Source of the DNA: Macrostomum lignano
Taxonomy: Eukaryota
Assembly (NCBI GenBank): GCA_002269645.1
Contig: NIVC01004399.1
Coordinates: 1-47,038 of the forward strand
Reading direction: 5' to 3'
Length of the DNA: 47,038 nt
Part shown: in pieces, positions 1 to 12,604 of the stretch
Position numbering within the stretch: position 1 is the stretch's first letter
Layout of the letters: the number at the start of each line of letters is the position of its first letter
The notes under the pieces: generated by a model
The model's input: only the letters and a program-made list of their open reading frames with translations
Told to the model about the DNA's origin: nothing
Databases searched by the model: none
Translations under genes and position numbers: made by a program

Positions 1-756
1 ACCCTGCTATGGGCGCTGGTCACATCGGTGGCTGGCAACTACCGGGCGGATCGGCGAGGTCCGACGTGTCCGTGCAACTTATGGCAGTCCTGGCTGTCGC
101 CCTGGTCGCCAAGGTGATCGTCGCTATCATCCGGCAGAAGCGGAGTCCCCAGCCGTGGTCAGTCAAGGGATCGCGCAGTCAGGTGTCTGACTCGAGCATC
201 AAGCTGGGTTAGAGCAACGCGTCCATGGACCGGCGGTTGAACCAAATGCTTATTTTGTATGATTGTTAACGGCCGCTATATTAATAAGACATTCTTAAAT
301 TGACTGACTGAGCTAAAGCACCACATTAAAATAAAAGTGTTTTTTAATAGTGAGAAGATAATTAGGAATTAGCATATTTTAGTATGTACATACTAATTTT
401 GATTTCAGACACGTACATAAAAAATAACTGTTTTAAACAATGCCAATCTGTTTCTCTATTGGCATCAACTGTTTGGCTATCGACATGTATCTAATCTTTT
501 ACAGTACATTAACTTCACAATGTGACTTTAAATCTGTGGTTCTATTGATAAGGAACAAAACACTTTTTCCCAAAACGCAATCACGGTTTTTGAAACCCTT
601 CTTTTGTACTTAAAATACAGTTTGTTCACATAGGAAAGTTGTTTCGTTCTAACGTACGCGCTCACAAACTAACGACATAAATATATGACAAATCTGTATT
701 CATTGACATGCAGTGATTTTTTGCAGAGCTCATGGACGGTGGCGATGCGTTCATTT

Positions 757-898
<142 letters not shown>

Positions 899-1959
899 AA
901 AATAGTCTCAGAAGCTGCAGATTATGTAATACGTCGTCGAGGCTGTGAGGCGGTGACATCGTTTCGTTATAGAATTTAGCTACAAGCCCACAATCAATTT
1001 ACAATTTTTACTGCAGCGGACTGCAAGTGCACTGGCGCATCATAATTGGCGTCATCGTCCAACAGCAGAGGAAAGGGTAGTTTTTTCCCGCCATGCAGTC
1101 TTTCCAGAATATACCCATCCTATAGACCTTTGGAGGGCAGAAAGAAGAAGAATCCGAGGGCCGCGTAGCCCTCCTCCCGAACTCGAACTTTCATGGCACA
1201 ATACATGAAAATAAGCTTCATCCATTGAAAATGGCTCCCTGGAACACCACAGAAACATATATGGTTTCGTTACAAGTAACAGGATGTACGAGGGTTCAAT
1301 TTATACTTTCAGGGGCTGCAGGCAGACTGGCGCAATGTCATTGGCCGTCATCGTTCTACGACCTACAGACAGCAAAGGGCAGGATTGCCATTGACGTCAT
1401 CTCTCCTGAGCTCACATGCTAAGCGCCAAATTGATAAGCGGCCATCCTTTGGCGACCCAACTTCTGTCACGCTGCGACCATTCTCGGGTCGCAAAACGAT
1501 TCAGACTGTTGAAATGAATGGTTGCGGTTGTCTTCCTTCCTCACATAAAGCCTGGGAGACGGAGTCACCGTCCCTGCCGACTGCGGGACACCCTTGTTGT
1601 AGCCATATTGTGTCCACACTGGCGGCCACAAGCTTGCGCTGCCCAAAGGGTAGCTCCAGGTCAGGCCCTGAGTGACCGCCTCACAGTTCGCAGCCATGGG
1701 CGGCGCTGGCTCGCCAGACTGGCTTTTAGTGCCACCCGTTGTCGCTTGGATGGTCGTTACAAAAATTGAGGCGAGTTTAGCCGCAGAAATACTTGAATAC
1801 ATTGTTGCGTGTCCATCACCGTGGCATATTGGTAAAAAATCAACATTTGACGACCGTTTCTATGCTGGATGGAAAGCATGACGGATACAGGGGCACACAC
1901 TCACATATTGCTGAATAACTGCTCTGACTTAATCATCGCCAGGCAGTGCGACAGCCACT

Positions 1960-2110
1960 GTTCCTAATTGGGGGTTGGCTCACATGGGCTTAGCTCCGCC
2001 TCCGACAGCCCGTGTAGCTTCTTAGTGACGCACCTAATTAAAGCGTCGCCATCGGGGTTTTAACCCATGTCCGCTGGTACACGAAGCAGCCGCGCTAACC
2101 GCTCGACGAT
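1960..2110 (-). mobile_element. Degenerate tRNA-derived SINE head
   Basis: The minus strand reads gtcgagcggttagcgcgg (A-box-like) then atgggttaaaacccc (B-box-like) at tRNA-like spacing. No intact cloverleaf. Confidence 0.45.
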
Positions 2111-3585
2111 TCCACCTCCCTGAATGAAAGCTCATACTCTGCTATACTTGCTCTCTGCTGTGCATTTACGCTCGTAGCATGCCTTAGGGCTTTTGTGGTG
2201 TTGAGGTGTCTAATTTTTTTAGGGATGCACTGCTGCAGAGTCTGCTTCCTTACGTGAGTTCAATAACTATTTTGCATACTACAAATCATTTGATTTTCCA
2301 TACGGGAGTTTAATGACTTATATCATGCTGGTATTGAGGAAAATGATTTAAAAAGAAAAATATGATACTTGTGGACTCATCTGGAACAGGAGGTTGTCTG
2401 CAGGAACACATTTAGACAAATGCAAGCGTATTTACACGAGTGTAGTAAGAAACAGTTCAACTTTTATTTATTGTGTACTTATTTCGCTGATTAAATAATT
2501 TGATTGAACATATTGCAGTTTTAAGAAAAGTATATTAACTTTTTTCTGCAGTATCGATGCAGATGGCAGATAAATAATTAATACCTTAGGCGTAGTCAAT
2601 CGATAGAGAAGGAAGAAAGGTATGAACAGATAAAGATTTCATAGAAACGCTGAGTCATCAGTTAAGCCGTCAAGATAAAAAATATTTGCTTTCTAAATAT
2701 GATATTCTAATAAATAATTCTACGAGTAGCACGAATTCGTAAATAAGGATTGAAGATTGGATAGGCAAATATAGAAAAACAAGAATATCCCGCGAACGTG
2801 CAAAATTACGAGCTACGCTCGTATTAAAGGAAATTCTACTTTGTGGCACGGACAAACAATTTTCGATAGTAACTCTCGTAATCTTAAAGGATATTTTGCT
2901 CAAAAAACAGAAAGCGATGTAAAAAAAACTGAGTGTCAACACACATATAGGGAGAGAGAAAAACTCTGTCTTAAAGTTGCAGAAAGACCGCTAAATTCAT
3001 CTTTTATGAAGTTTGTTTGAATCAGCTGCCATTACCGCGGTATGTTTTTTAATATACGGGTGGCATATGATAAGTTTTGCCCACGTGCGTGCCATGCTTA
3101 ATTTACTCTTCCTTGTCTAAACTAACGATTTTGAAGGGACTCCAGACGGCTGACTTATTATTAAGATTATATTTTTGCTACAATTTGCTACATGTATGAA
3201 CTACGAGTAATCTACATGTACATGCGGCTATATCTTGTCACGCGGAATGCCTATAGGTTTCTCACCCGAAAAAATCATTTCTCACCTTTCTATGCAATCG
3301 ATACGAGTATAAAAGTGGCATTCCCCCTCCTCAATGTTTCAGCTTATTTGATAAAGAGATAAACCTTAAGATGGCTTAAGAAATTTGTGCAATTCCAACC
3401 TTCTCGACCTTCACTTGACAGCGCCCATCTAAGATACATGGGCGCTATCTTAATGCCTTTAGCAAGACAATGATACTGCTGCTTGCATGCAGGGAAAGTG
3501 CAGAGCAACAAAGTTTGAAATTAACCAAAGATACAAAACACATCACATGGGTATAGAACAAAACTTATGCACTAGCTTATAGTTT

Positions 3586-5088
3586 TGAATGTATGCGCTA
3601 GCATTTGAATGTTTGTACTAGCATTTGAAAGTTTGTACTAGCATTTGAATGTTTGTACTAGCATTTGAATGTATGCACTAGTATTTGAATGTATGCGCTA
3701 GCATTTGAATGTATGCACTAGCATTTGAATGTATGTACTAGCATTTGAATGTATGCACTAGCATTTGAATGTATGCACTAGTATTTGAATGTTTGTACTA
3801 GCATTTGAATGTATGCACTAGCATTTGAATGTATGCACTAGCATTTGAATGTTTGTACTAGCATTTGAATGTTTGTACTAGCATTTGAATGTTTGTACTA
3901 GCATTTGAATGTATGTACTAGCATTTGAATGTTTGTACTAGCATTTGAATGTATGTACTAGCATGTTAATGTTTGTACTAGCATTTGAATGTTTGTACTA
4001 GTATTTGAATGTATTTACTAGCATTTGAATGTATGTAATAGCATTTGAATGTGTGTACTAGTATTTGAATGTGTGTACTAGCATTTGAATGTGTGCACTA
4101 GTATTTGAATGTATGCACTTGTATTTTAATGCATGTAATTGTATTTTAATGTATGCACTAGCATTTGAATGTGTGTACTAGTATTTGAATGTATGTACTA
4201 GTATTTGAATGTGTGTACTAGTATTTGTATGTATGTACTAGCATTTGAATGTTTGCACTAGCTTTTGAATGTGTGTACTAGTATTTGAATGTTTGTACTA
4301 GTATTTGAATGTGTGTACTAGCATTTGAATGTATGTACTAGCATTTGAATGTTTGTACTAGCATTTGAATGTATGCACTAGCATGTTAATGTTTGTACTA
4401 GTATTTGAATGTTTGTACTAGTATTTGAATGTATTTACTAGCATTTGAATGTATGTAATAGCATTTGAATGTGTGTACTAGTATTTGAATGTTTGTACTA
4501 GCATTTGAATGTGTGCACTTTTATTTTAATGTATGTAATTGTATTTGAATGTATGCACTAGCATTTGAATGTATGTACTAGCATTTGAATGTATGCACTA
4601 GCATTTGAATGTAAGCACTAGCATTTGAATGTATGTAATAGCATTTGAATGTATGTACTAGCATTTGAATGTATGCACTAGCATTTGAATGTAAGCACTA
4701 GCATTTGAATGTATGTACTAGCATTTGAATGTAAGCACTAGCATTTGAATGTATGTACTAGCATTTGAATGTATGTACTAGCATTTGAATGTTTGTACTA
4801 GCATTTGAATGTTTGTACTAGCATTTGAATGTTTGTACTAGCATTTGAATGTATGCACTACCATTTGAATGTATGTACTAGCATTTGAATGTATGCACTA
4901 CCATTTGAATGTATGTACTAGCATTTGAATGTTTGTACTAGCATTTGAATGTTTGTACTAGCATTTGAATGTTTGTACTAGCATTTGAATGTATGCACTA
5001 GCATTTGAATGTTTGTAGTAGCATTTGAATGTATGTACTAGCATTTGAATGTATGTACTAGTATTTGAATGTATGTACTAGCGTTTGA
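3586..5088. repeat. 20-bp minisatellite, consensus ctagcatttgaatgtatgta, about 75 copies
   Basis: The 20-bp period is visible as column alignment in the listing. Point variants fall mainly in the gtatgta/gtttgta/gtatgca part. Confidence 0.98.
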
Positions 5089-5699
5089 AGTACAAACCAA
5101 TTGCGCGCCAGTTCTGCTGGCATCGCGGAAGTTCTGTTGCCTGCTCGTCAGCGTAATGGTAGAAAATGACAACCTGGATTTACGCAGACGCAGCCCTGTT
5201 GACCAAAGCTCACCGCAACAGCGAATACCTTGTCTAGCTATGACTGGACGCCTTCATCAAACTGCTGAAAGGGGTAATTAACTTCTCAGTGTAACTGCAG
5301 TTGCAAAAAAATTACGCTTGACCGTTTCAGAAGCCCTGCATAGTTTTTGACTGCTTGATTTTGTTGTGAAACCCTACGATTTTTGAAGCACTACGATAGA
5401 GGCATGTAATGAAACTCAGCTGCATCCCTTTCTTGGTCAATTTAAGATGGAAAAATTGTTTATTTAGCGTGGGAACAGCAAGGGTTTTGCCCGCAGCAGA
5501 GATCGATGGCTGAGATAGTGGGAGAGAATCGACATGTGCAGCCAACTGTAAAAGTAAATATTTTGGGCCTCGCTGGCCAATTATTTTCAAAATAGAATAT
5601 ACATTACTAGTGTGCCATTATAGGTATAGCTTGAAGGTACCTAGCGCACGTTTTGAGTAACTGTAGTTACATAATATAATGCGCGCATCTGAAGGCTGC

Positions 5700-5886
5700 G
5701 TACGGCTGTTCAGTCCAAGGACTGAGGGGTCGCCTGACACACCCTCAGTTACCTCAGCTAATGCTGGTTCCTCAGTTTACTTAACTGAAGCGATGCAGAG
5801 TGAGTGTCTTGCTCAAGGACACGAATTATTCCGAGTGCGTCGAGAATTGAAACCCCGACCTTCAGTTAGCCCAACCAAGCCTTAGC
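5700..5886 (-). mobile_element. tRNA-derived SINE fragment (MetaSINE-like core)
   Basis: Contains gtgtcttgctcaaggacac and gaattgaaccccg (reverse B-box ggggttcaattc). From memory this motif pair resembles conserved metazoan SINE cores; not verified by search. Confidence 0.45.
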
Positions 5887-6756
5887 CTTAATATGCATTA
5901 AATCAGCACAGGTTTTGGCTCAGTTAATACGAACGGCAATCCTTTATCAGATTTTTTATCGCGGTCGCTTATTAATCGCAAATAATTGTTTCTTATGCAA
6001 ATGATTTCATATTTTGGGCTTATCTAATCGAGGGACATATTTCAAATAATGACGGTCAGTAGCGGTCAGTATTATGTATATTTGCATATAAGACTAGAGA
6101 CTAGTGACGCAGATATTTCAGTGGCATTTACGTATACACTTTCGAGCGGTTGCGATTTCATAATAATTACGTGTATTTTAAAAACAAAGATTACACATGG
6201 TGCACTTGCTCCACGACCAGACACACGATAGGCCCTGCGCCCGAGCATATTTAGTTTGGAATAGACAGTAACGCTTCCGCTGTATCCCTGGGTGGTCGGT
6301 GGTTGGGACTTTGGGAGTGAAAAACTTACTGTGAGTTGTGCACGCAGAGCTCAAGGCCCTAAACAGAGAAGCTGCTGAGTTGAGTTTTATTTCTCCGTGG
6401 CTATCCATCGCAAGCACTCAAAAGTAACATCGACGTGAGGGAACGAGCGGTATTTAGCGTCCTGACGAATTCACGGGAAAGATGAACTCGAATCTTTCGA
6501 TCTGATGCTCTGTCTACGAAGACAAGCGTCAGACGAAAATACGGTAAGTTCAGGGTGGAACTGATCAGTAAAATAATTTGAAACACGATCACAATTAACA
6601 ATTATGCACTACGATAAATATTAGCTGAAAAAAAGTTATTTAAAGTAAGTACTAGCCAAATAATAACTACTGTTGCACTAGGGTTTGTTTAAAGAACAAG
6701 CAAAACCGATATTTTTTAGTCAAGTGTCGGTTTTCAAACACGGCATCGAGCCATCA

Positions 6757-9700
6757 TTAGGTCGACTCCGTCACGCCCGGTTGACTGTGCACTATCAGGG
6801 CCGCTGTGGTCGAGGAGCCCCCATTGCGAGACTGGTCAGCGTCATCGGGGTCCTCTCCATCGATTTGCTGCGCGACCACAGCCTCCTCCGTCATTGGAAT
6901 CTGTTGACACTTCGAAGTGGATTGCTCACCCAACGTTTTGAGGCGTTCTTCGTCGGGATCTGTGCGACCGCCGCCGCTGTTGAGCAGGCTGCGGCACCGG
7001 CGCGGTAGGCAGGCCTTCAGGCTGGCTCGAATCTCTTCGTTCAGCCAGCCGTACAGGTAGGGGTTGACGCAGGCTGAGCCTAGGGCGAACAGGCGCACAA
7101 AGAGCTCGAGGATGTTCCAGGAGTCGTGGACGATTGAGCTGTCTGGAAGTTTGTTGATTGGTTTGCAGAATGGATCTGGATGGATTTGGATGGATCTGAA
7201 TGGATCTGGATGGATCTGGATGGATCTGGATGGGTCTGGATGGATCTGGATGGATCTGGATGGATCTGGATGGATCTGGATGGATCTGGATGGATCTGGA
7301 TGGATCTGCAATTTCTGGTGCACAGTCGGCCCGCTGTCAGCGAGGAAGCAACAAGGCATGTCCATTCCGCAGAATACAAATTCATGTAGGCACACAGGCA
7401 CACAATCATGTAGGCACACAGGCACACAATCATGTAGGCACACAGGCACACAATCATGTAGGCACACAGGCACACAATCATGTAGGCACACAGGCACACA
7501 ATCATGTAGGCACACAGGCACACAATCATGTAGGCACACAGGCACACAATCATGTAGGCACACAGGCACACAATCATGTAGGCACACAGGCACACAATCA
7601 TGTAGGCACACAGGCACACAATCATGTAGGCACACAGGCACACAATCATGTAGGCACACAGGCACACAATCATGTAGGCGCGTCACGTTGGTCCATCTGA
7701 ACGACTGTACAATCTAACTGCACATACATTTGTTTTTGGCATTCATGGTCGTGAATCTCACAAGCACTAACTAGGCCAGTGTTTCCTGCGTGAACCCCAA
7801 AGTTGCAAAAATATACAGTTCTGTAAACGACTCCATTTAAGGGGTCATCGTTGTCGCTAGTTCAGTTCCTTGATAGAGCTGCCCTCTCTATTACTGCCCT
7901 GTCGGCGTTATATTGTCATTGTCAGTTTCTTCATTTAACCCCGTGGCCGTAAGAGTTAATTGTATAACTTTTTTATATAAATAAATATTTAGAAGAATAA
8001 AACTCGACAAGATATCAACCAGTGGTGTATCCTGGATTTTTTTCCAAGGGAGTGAGTTGATAGCAACAAATTGATTTCTGAATCTGCAATTCAATCAGCT
8101 TAGAATAGTTCATAGAAAGAAAGTTGAATCTCCGATTCAGTTTTAGGTCGTCATTGCTTAACCGAGAAAGGAAGTACGAGCGTAAATATACTCGTACGCT
8201 AGAAAAAGTACGCAGTGAGAGCAAAGCTTCATGTTGGCACCACTTCTGCTCAGATCTTCGACTCTCAGTCCCAGCCACGCTCGCCTTTCTGCCTGCTCTA
8301 AGAATTCTCAAAAGTCTCCCTGATTAATCCGCGCAACACCAGAAGCTAGCTCTGCATGGCATTCTCCTTTTTCGATCCTTTTCTTTGAGCTGCAACAAGC
8401 GTAAAAACGTTTGTGTGGAGATCGGGAAAATCAGAATTTAGAGCTAGAGGATTACCCGTGCTCCAGGGACGCCTCCGGCTATCAACCCGTTTGCTGTGAG
8501 CAGCGCTCGTTATTCCCAGTTTGTGCGAATTCGAGCACTTGTCATTCGAGCTTGTCATTTTTCGAATTATTGGCCTTCTATCACATTAACAAAATAAAAT
8601 TCTTGAGCTTCTTTCAGCATTTTCATGGAACCCTAGTAGTAAACAGCATCATTATTTTCTGTTAAAAGAACGTCAGCATTAAAAAATGATATTGAAAATC
8701 ATTGCACAATCATCGGCTGTATCAGATATCACCTGCGAGCGTATCTCTTGTAAATATTTCAAATGCAAAGTTTGAGATGCCTGAACGTTACTACTAATTT
8801 ATATTGTCCATGAAAAGCATTGCACCACAGATATTCAAGTCAATCATTTTCATTCAAATTTCACAAAAATTAATGCAAAGTAAGCAGTTCAAATCCGTAG
8901 ATTGAAGTCCCTCCAATGCTTATCCAGTCCGAGCCATTGGCAAGCAATGCCCGCTTATCTCCCTGCCAGCTGCCGCTTTTTAGGAACTCGGGGCAGCGTA
9001 AAAAGCAGATTTATTCGAGAAAGCGTCGTGCGGCAATGCCGCCGCAGGTTCAAGTGCATGCAGTGAGCCCAAATGGAGGAGTTGCAGCATCCACAACTGC
9101 ATCGCCTACTGCAATGCAGTCGGAAATACGCGAAAAGTCTGCACAATCATGCCAGCAAAGCTTTTTTGTACCTTGCCTGACAACCGGATTCCTGGGCCGA
9201 ACCGAAAACAGCATGAATAGCGGCAACAATCGTTTTTTGTGGCAACCAGCCCTTGTCGGCTTTAGCAATTTGACATTTTTTCCTCGTTGAAAAAGTAAAA
9301 AGATTGCAAAAAATAATTCAGCCTGTTTCGCATAAAACGTAAAAAGTATTGTTAGACATTTTATTGATTTCTAGAACACAATGCAAGCCTCTGGATTCAT
9401 ACTTATCTATATATCCATCATTTTCAGCAGAGACTCATGCAGACAATCCGATGTTTCCCTCATCCAGATTAATTTAAAATCAGTCCTCGTCAGGATTACG
9501 AGGCTGCCCAGGTCTGGCATGTCAGGAAGTAGTTAATCATATGCAGGCATGCAGCGGTGCTATCGGACGGTGTAATCAGCTATGCGGCATTGGTCTGCAG
9601 GCTATCTGAGCCCTCCGAGCATTACGTACGGTAAACCGGGGCAGTCTACCAGTCTATGAAGCTAGCGCGATCCTGCAAAAATCTTAGACACCGACTGTCC

Positions 9701-12604
9701 GCATAAATCATAGCGTAGTCTAAGATTAGAAGGAAATTCCTAATTGGCTGGAGCCCAAGAAGCAAAAAGTACTTTTCCGTTCAAAATTCAATTAATTCAA
9801 TTACGAGTCCGCTCGCTCTCCGAGGCCGCTGGCCGGGTAGCCGCATCCCCATAACATTTTGGTAGGTCGTTTTTAAAACGGCTTTTTGCCTTTAGCCTTG
9901 CATCCCAGGACCTCCCTGGGGAGAGAAGGGGAGAAATCTGTGTCCCTTGGACGAAGATGAATGAAGACTTGAAGCGAAATTGGCACAGGCAAGCTAAGAC
10001 AAAAGAGAATGAGACAGCGCATCTGTCGCTGTTTGAGATTCTGTCACGTGCGCTGGCTGTATTTGCAGTTTGCAGCAGCATTTTGGCAGTAAATTCTCTC
10101 TGATCTGAATTCCTGACGCTGATTCTGTGAAGCTTTTATCCGATCTTGCCTCATATTGCACAGCTGTACTGCCCTATCAGCAGCTCGCTGCTTATTGCTC
10201 TCAAGGATGGAATTATCTCAGCCTAGATTTTCAGCTGAAATTAGACACCGAAATGAATTTATACAATACTGAACTCAGAATTTTTCTGGATGCCGAGCTG
10301 ATAAAAAATGATGAATAGAAAATGAAACAATGCGGAAGTTCGAAGACCGGCCTAAATATTTGGATCTGATTAGAATAGACCAGCAATGGAGCGCGTGCTT
10401 GTTTTGAGATTCACCGTGTTCACAAAAAAGTAATTATCTTCATTGAATGAGACTTATTGCAATTTTTCCAGCTCATCTTTTTCGGTTTTGACTCTGTGTT
10501 GCCAACTCTTTCATGACGCAATGCTTTCAGCCGATCCCAGCCTTCAAGAGACCCAGCGATTTATGCGATTAGTTGAGCACAGAACTCACTTCCGACTTGA
10601 AATGCAACTAATCATTGTACGGTTGATGCAAATTTTAAGTCTCCCCAAAGTTTTCCGTCTGAATTTTAGTCTGAAGCGGAAACGGCACCAGCTAACACAG
10701 CAATGCAACCGGAAGCCAACTTGCAACAGTCATGTTTCTTTTGTTTGCTGCAGTATTATTTGTAACCAACCCAAGGTGCCTCTGATATGACAGTTTGACC
10801 CTAAACAACCTTTGCCCAGAGTTATAAGACTCACTGTCTGGTTCCATCAGAAGCCGCATATTAGCGTTGATCACGTCCCACGACTTTGTGACATTTATGC
10901 AGTCAATGAATGCCGCCACCTTCTGCGGGTTGAGCTTCTTGTACTGCTCCACCTCCGAGACCACGTTAAACACGGACCACGGGCTCCAGAAGAAGGCAAA
11001 GCTGATCACTATGCTTATTAAGATTCGATTCGTGCGCCGTTTTCTCTCAGTTTCCCGCTTATGCTGCACAATCCTCCCACTGAGACGGCGGTAGATACAA
11101 AAGTACAGCGCGCCGGTGACGATTAGCGGCGTGCAGAACTGCAGGCAGAAGGCGCCGATCGAGTACACCAGACGGAGACTCTTGTCGGGCCAGCGCTCTG
11201 CGCAATAGCCGATGGTCTGACGAGTCTCCACCTGAAGTGGTTTGCGATTCGCCATGAAGTTCGACTACCAGGGTTTCATGCATTCCTGAGAAAATAACCT
11301 TAAAAGCAAAAAGGAAAACGAATTCTATAGTGAGCATAAATGCTGAGAAAGTGACCGCCCGGGCTTACATACAATTGCAGAGTACTTACATAATCTGGGT
11401 ATCTGGGAATTGAGATGACGCTTTCTTCCATGACCCACACCCGGATTCGGTTTTCCGCCAAAATCTCTCTTAGCAATCTCGCATATGATTCTGCATCACT
11501 TCGAAGATTCTTTGACAAAAAACAAGGTTAGCGAGTAGCATAGCATTTCTCTATGCTGTGTCTCGAAAACAAACTGAACAGATCCTGAGGGAACAAGCGA
11601 CCGAAAGAGTACAGCACAAAGTGGCCCCTTGAACAAACAAATTGGAGCAGACTAAAGAGTTTTCTCCCCGCGGAACAGGAATTTGCACTCAGCGCAGATC
11701 TGCTGGAGGCAATCCATGTCCCGCAGTTGCCACCCCCACTTGGTTGGTCGGTGACCATTTGCAGTGAATGTAGCCTCTAAGTAACTACAAACTAATTTCA
11801 GTTGTAGAGAACTCAGAAGCAATTGTTCCTTTTCCCAGAATGCCACGGCAGCACCAGCCCCACTTGCATCAAGCCTACCGTGTTGAAGACTATCGCAGGC
11901 GAGTGCACCAACAAGCCGAGCAGCACAGTCAGGAGCAGGAGACCCCCAGCCTCTCTGCGGCTCATTCTCCGGCCGTGGGGATGGCAGATCAGCCTGTACC
12001 GATCCACCGCTACCCACAGTATGATGAGGCAGCTTGCGTAGATCGGCACGCTTAGCGAAGTGAGCAGCACGCGGCAGTAGAAGGTCCTCGGTAGACTGGC
12101 AGCAATGTAGTTCCGGCGGGTGAGATCGTACACCAGCAGCGATGGCATCAGCATGCCACAGATGAGGATGTCGCTGAGCGACAGGCCCAGCACAAACATG
12201 TTAGTCACGTTGGCGAATTCGCGTCGCTTTACCAAGCTGACTGCGACCATGAGGTTGCTGAACAGCCCAAGCAGGATGAGCAGCGCGTACAGAACCAGCA
12301 GCAATGCCACCACAGCGACGCCATCGGGTTTACCAGCAGCGGAGGCCGTGGAATCGGCGGAATCAGTGGCATCTGAATCTGTCACCGTTGCATCTTCCAG
12401 AGACGGTGGAGGCGGGACGGGGCCACTCGTGTTCAGACTGCTCAGGTAGTAATTGAAGCAGAGTGATCTGCAGGTAGAAAGCAATTTAATTATAATGCAG
12501 ATCGCTGGATCAATAACTTTAAAATATAAAATAAGTTCATAGAAATCAACTCACACTCGGCTCATTATAGCAGACTTTGAGTCGCACCAGACGCAGTGTG
12601 CCAT
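6757..12604 (-). CDS. Neuropeptide Y/F-type class A GPCR, 478 aa. Coding exons 12604-12555, 12467-11864, 11231-10835, 7142-6757
   Basis: Seven TMs with FSN (TM1), LSLSD (TM2), C3.25 and DRY (TM3), YCAERWP (ECL2), FWSPW (TM6) and SACVNPYLYGWLN (TM7, typical of NPF/NPY receptors). GT-AG junction phases 2/0/1 are consistent and the total is 1437 nt. The 50-nt first exon is the least certain part. Confidence 0.88.
7170..7308. repeat. 10-bp tandem repeat (TGGATCTGGA)n, about 14 copies, in the last GPCR intron
   Basis: Read directly. It ends about 25 nt upstream (on the minus strand) of the 3' splice site at 7143. Confidence 0.95.
7382..7679. repeat. 24-bp tandem repeat catgtaggcacacaggcacacaat, 12 identical copies plus a partial copy
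   Basis: Read directly. It is the source of the CRHTGTQS, LHDCVPVC and HVGTQAHN ORFs. Confidence 0.97.

Noticed and set aside
9-212. 67-aa ORF with a hydrophobic stretch at the window edge
   Set aside because: It could be the last exon of an upstream gene, but there is no recognisable domain and the 5' context is missing.
3031-3040. attaccgcgg, resembling an SSU rRNA universal primer site
   Set aside because: Only a 10-nt match, and the flanks are not rRNA-like.
6455-6500. CTGACGA...GAAA hammerhead ribozyme candidate (similar cores near 9500, 42395 and 45080 also checked)
   Set aside because: Stem II cannot form, or GAAA is absent at the required position.
7064-7717. Repeat ORFs (WMDLDGSG, CRHTGTQS, LHDCVPVC)
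   Set aside because: These are translations of 10-bp and 24-bp intronic arrays. Only 6757-7142 is real coding sequence.
8916-9290. 124-aa ORF antisense within the GPCR intron
   Set aside because: No domain motif or splice support; its length is compatible with chance.
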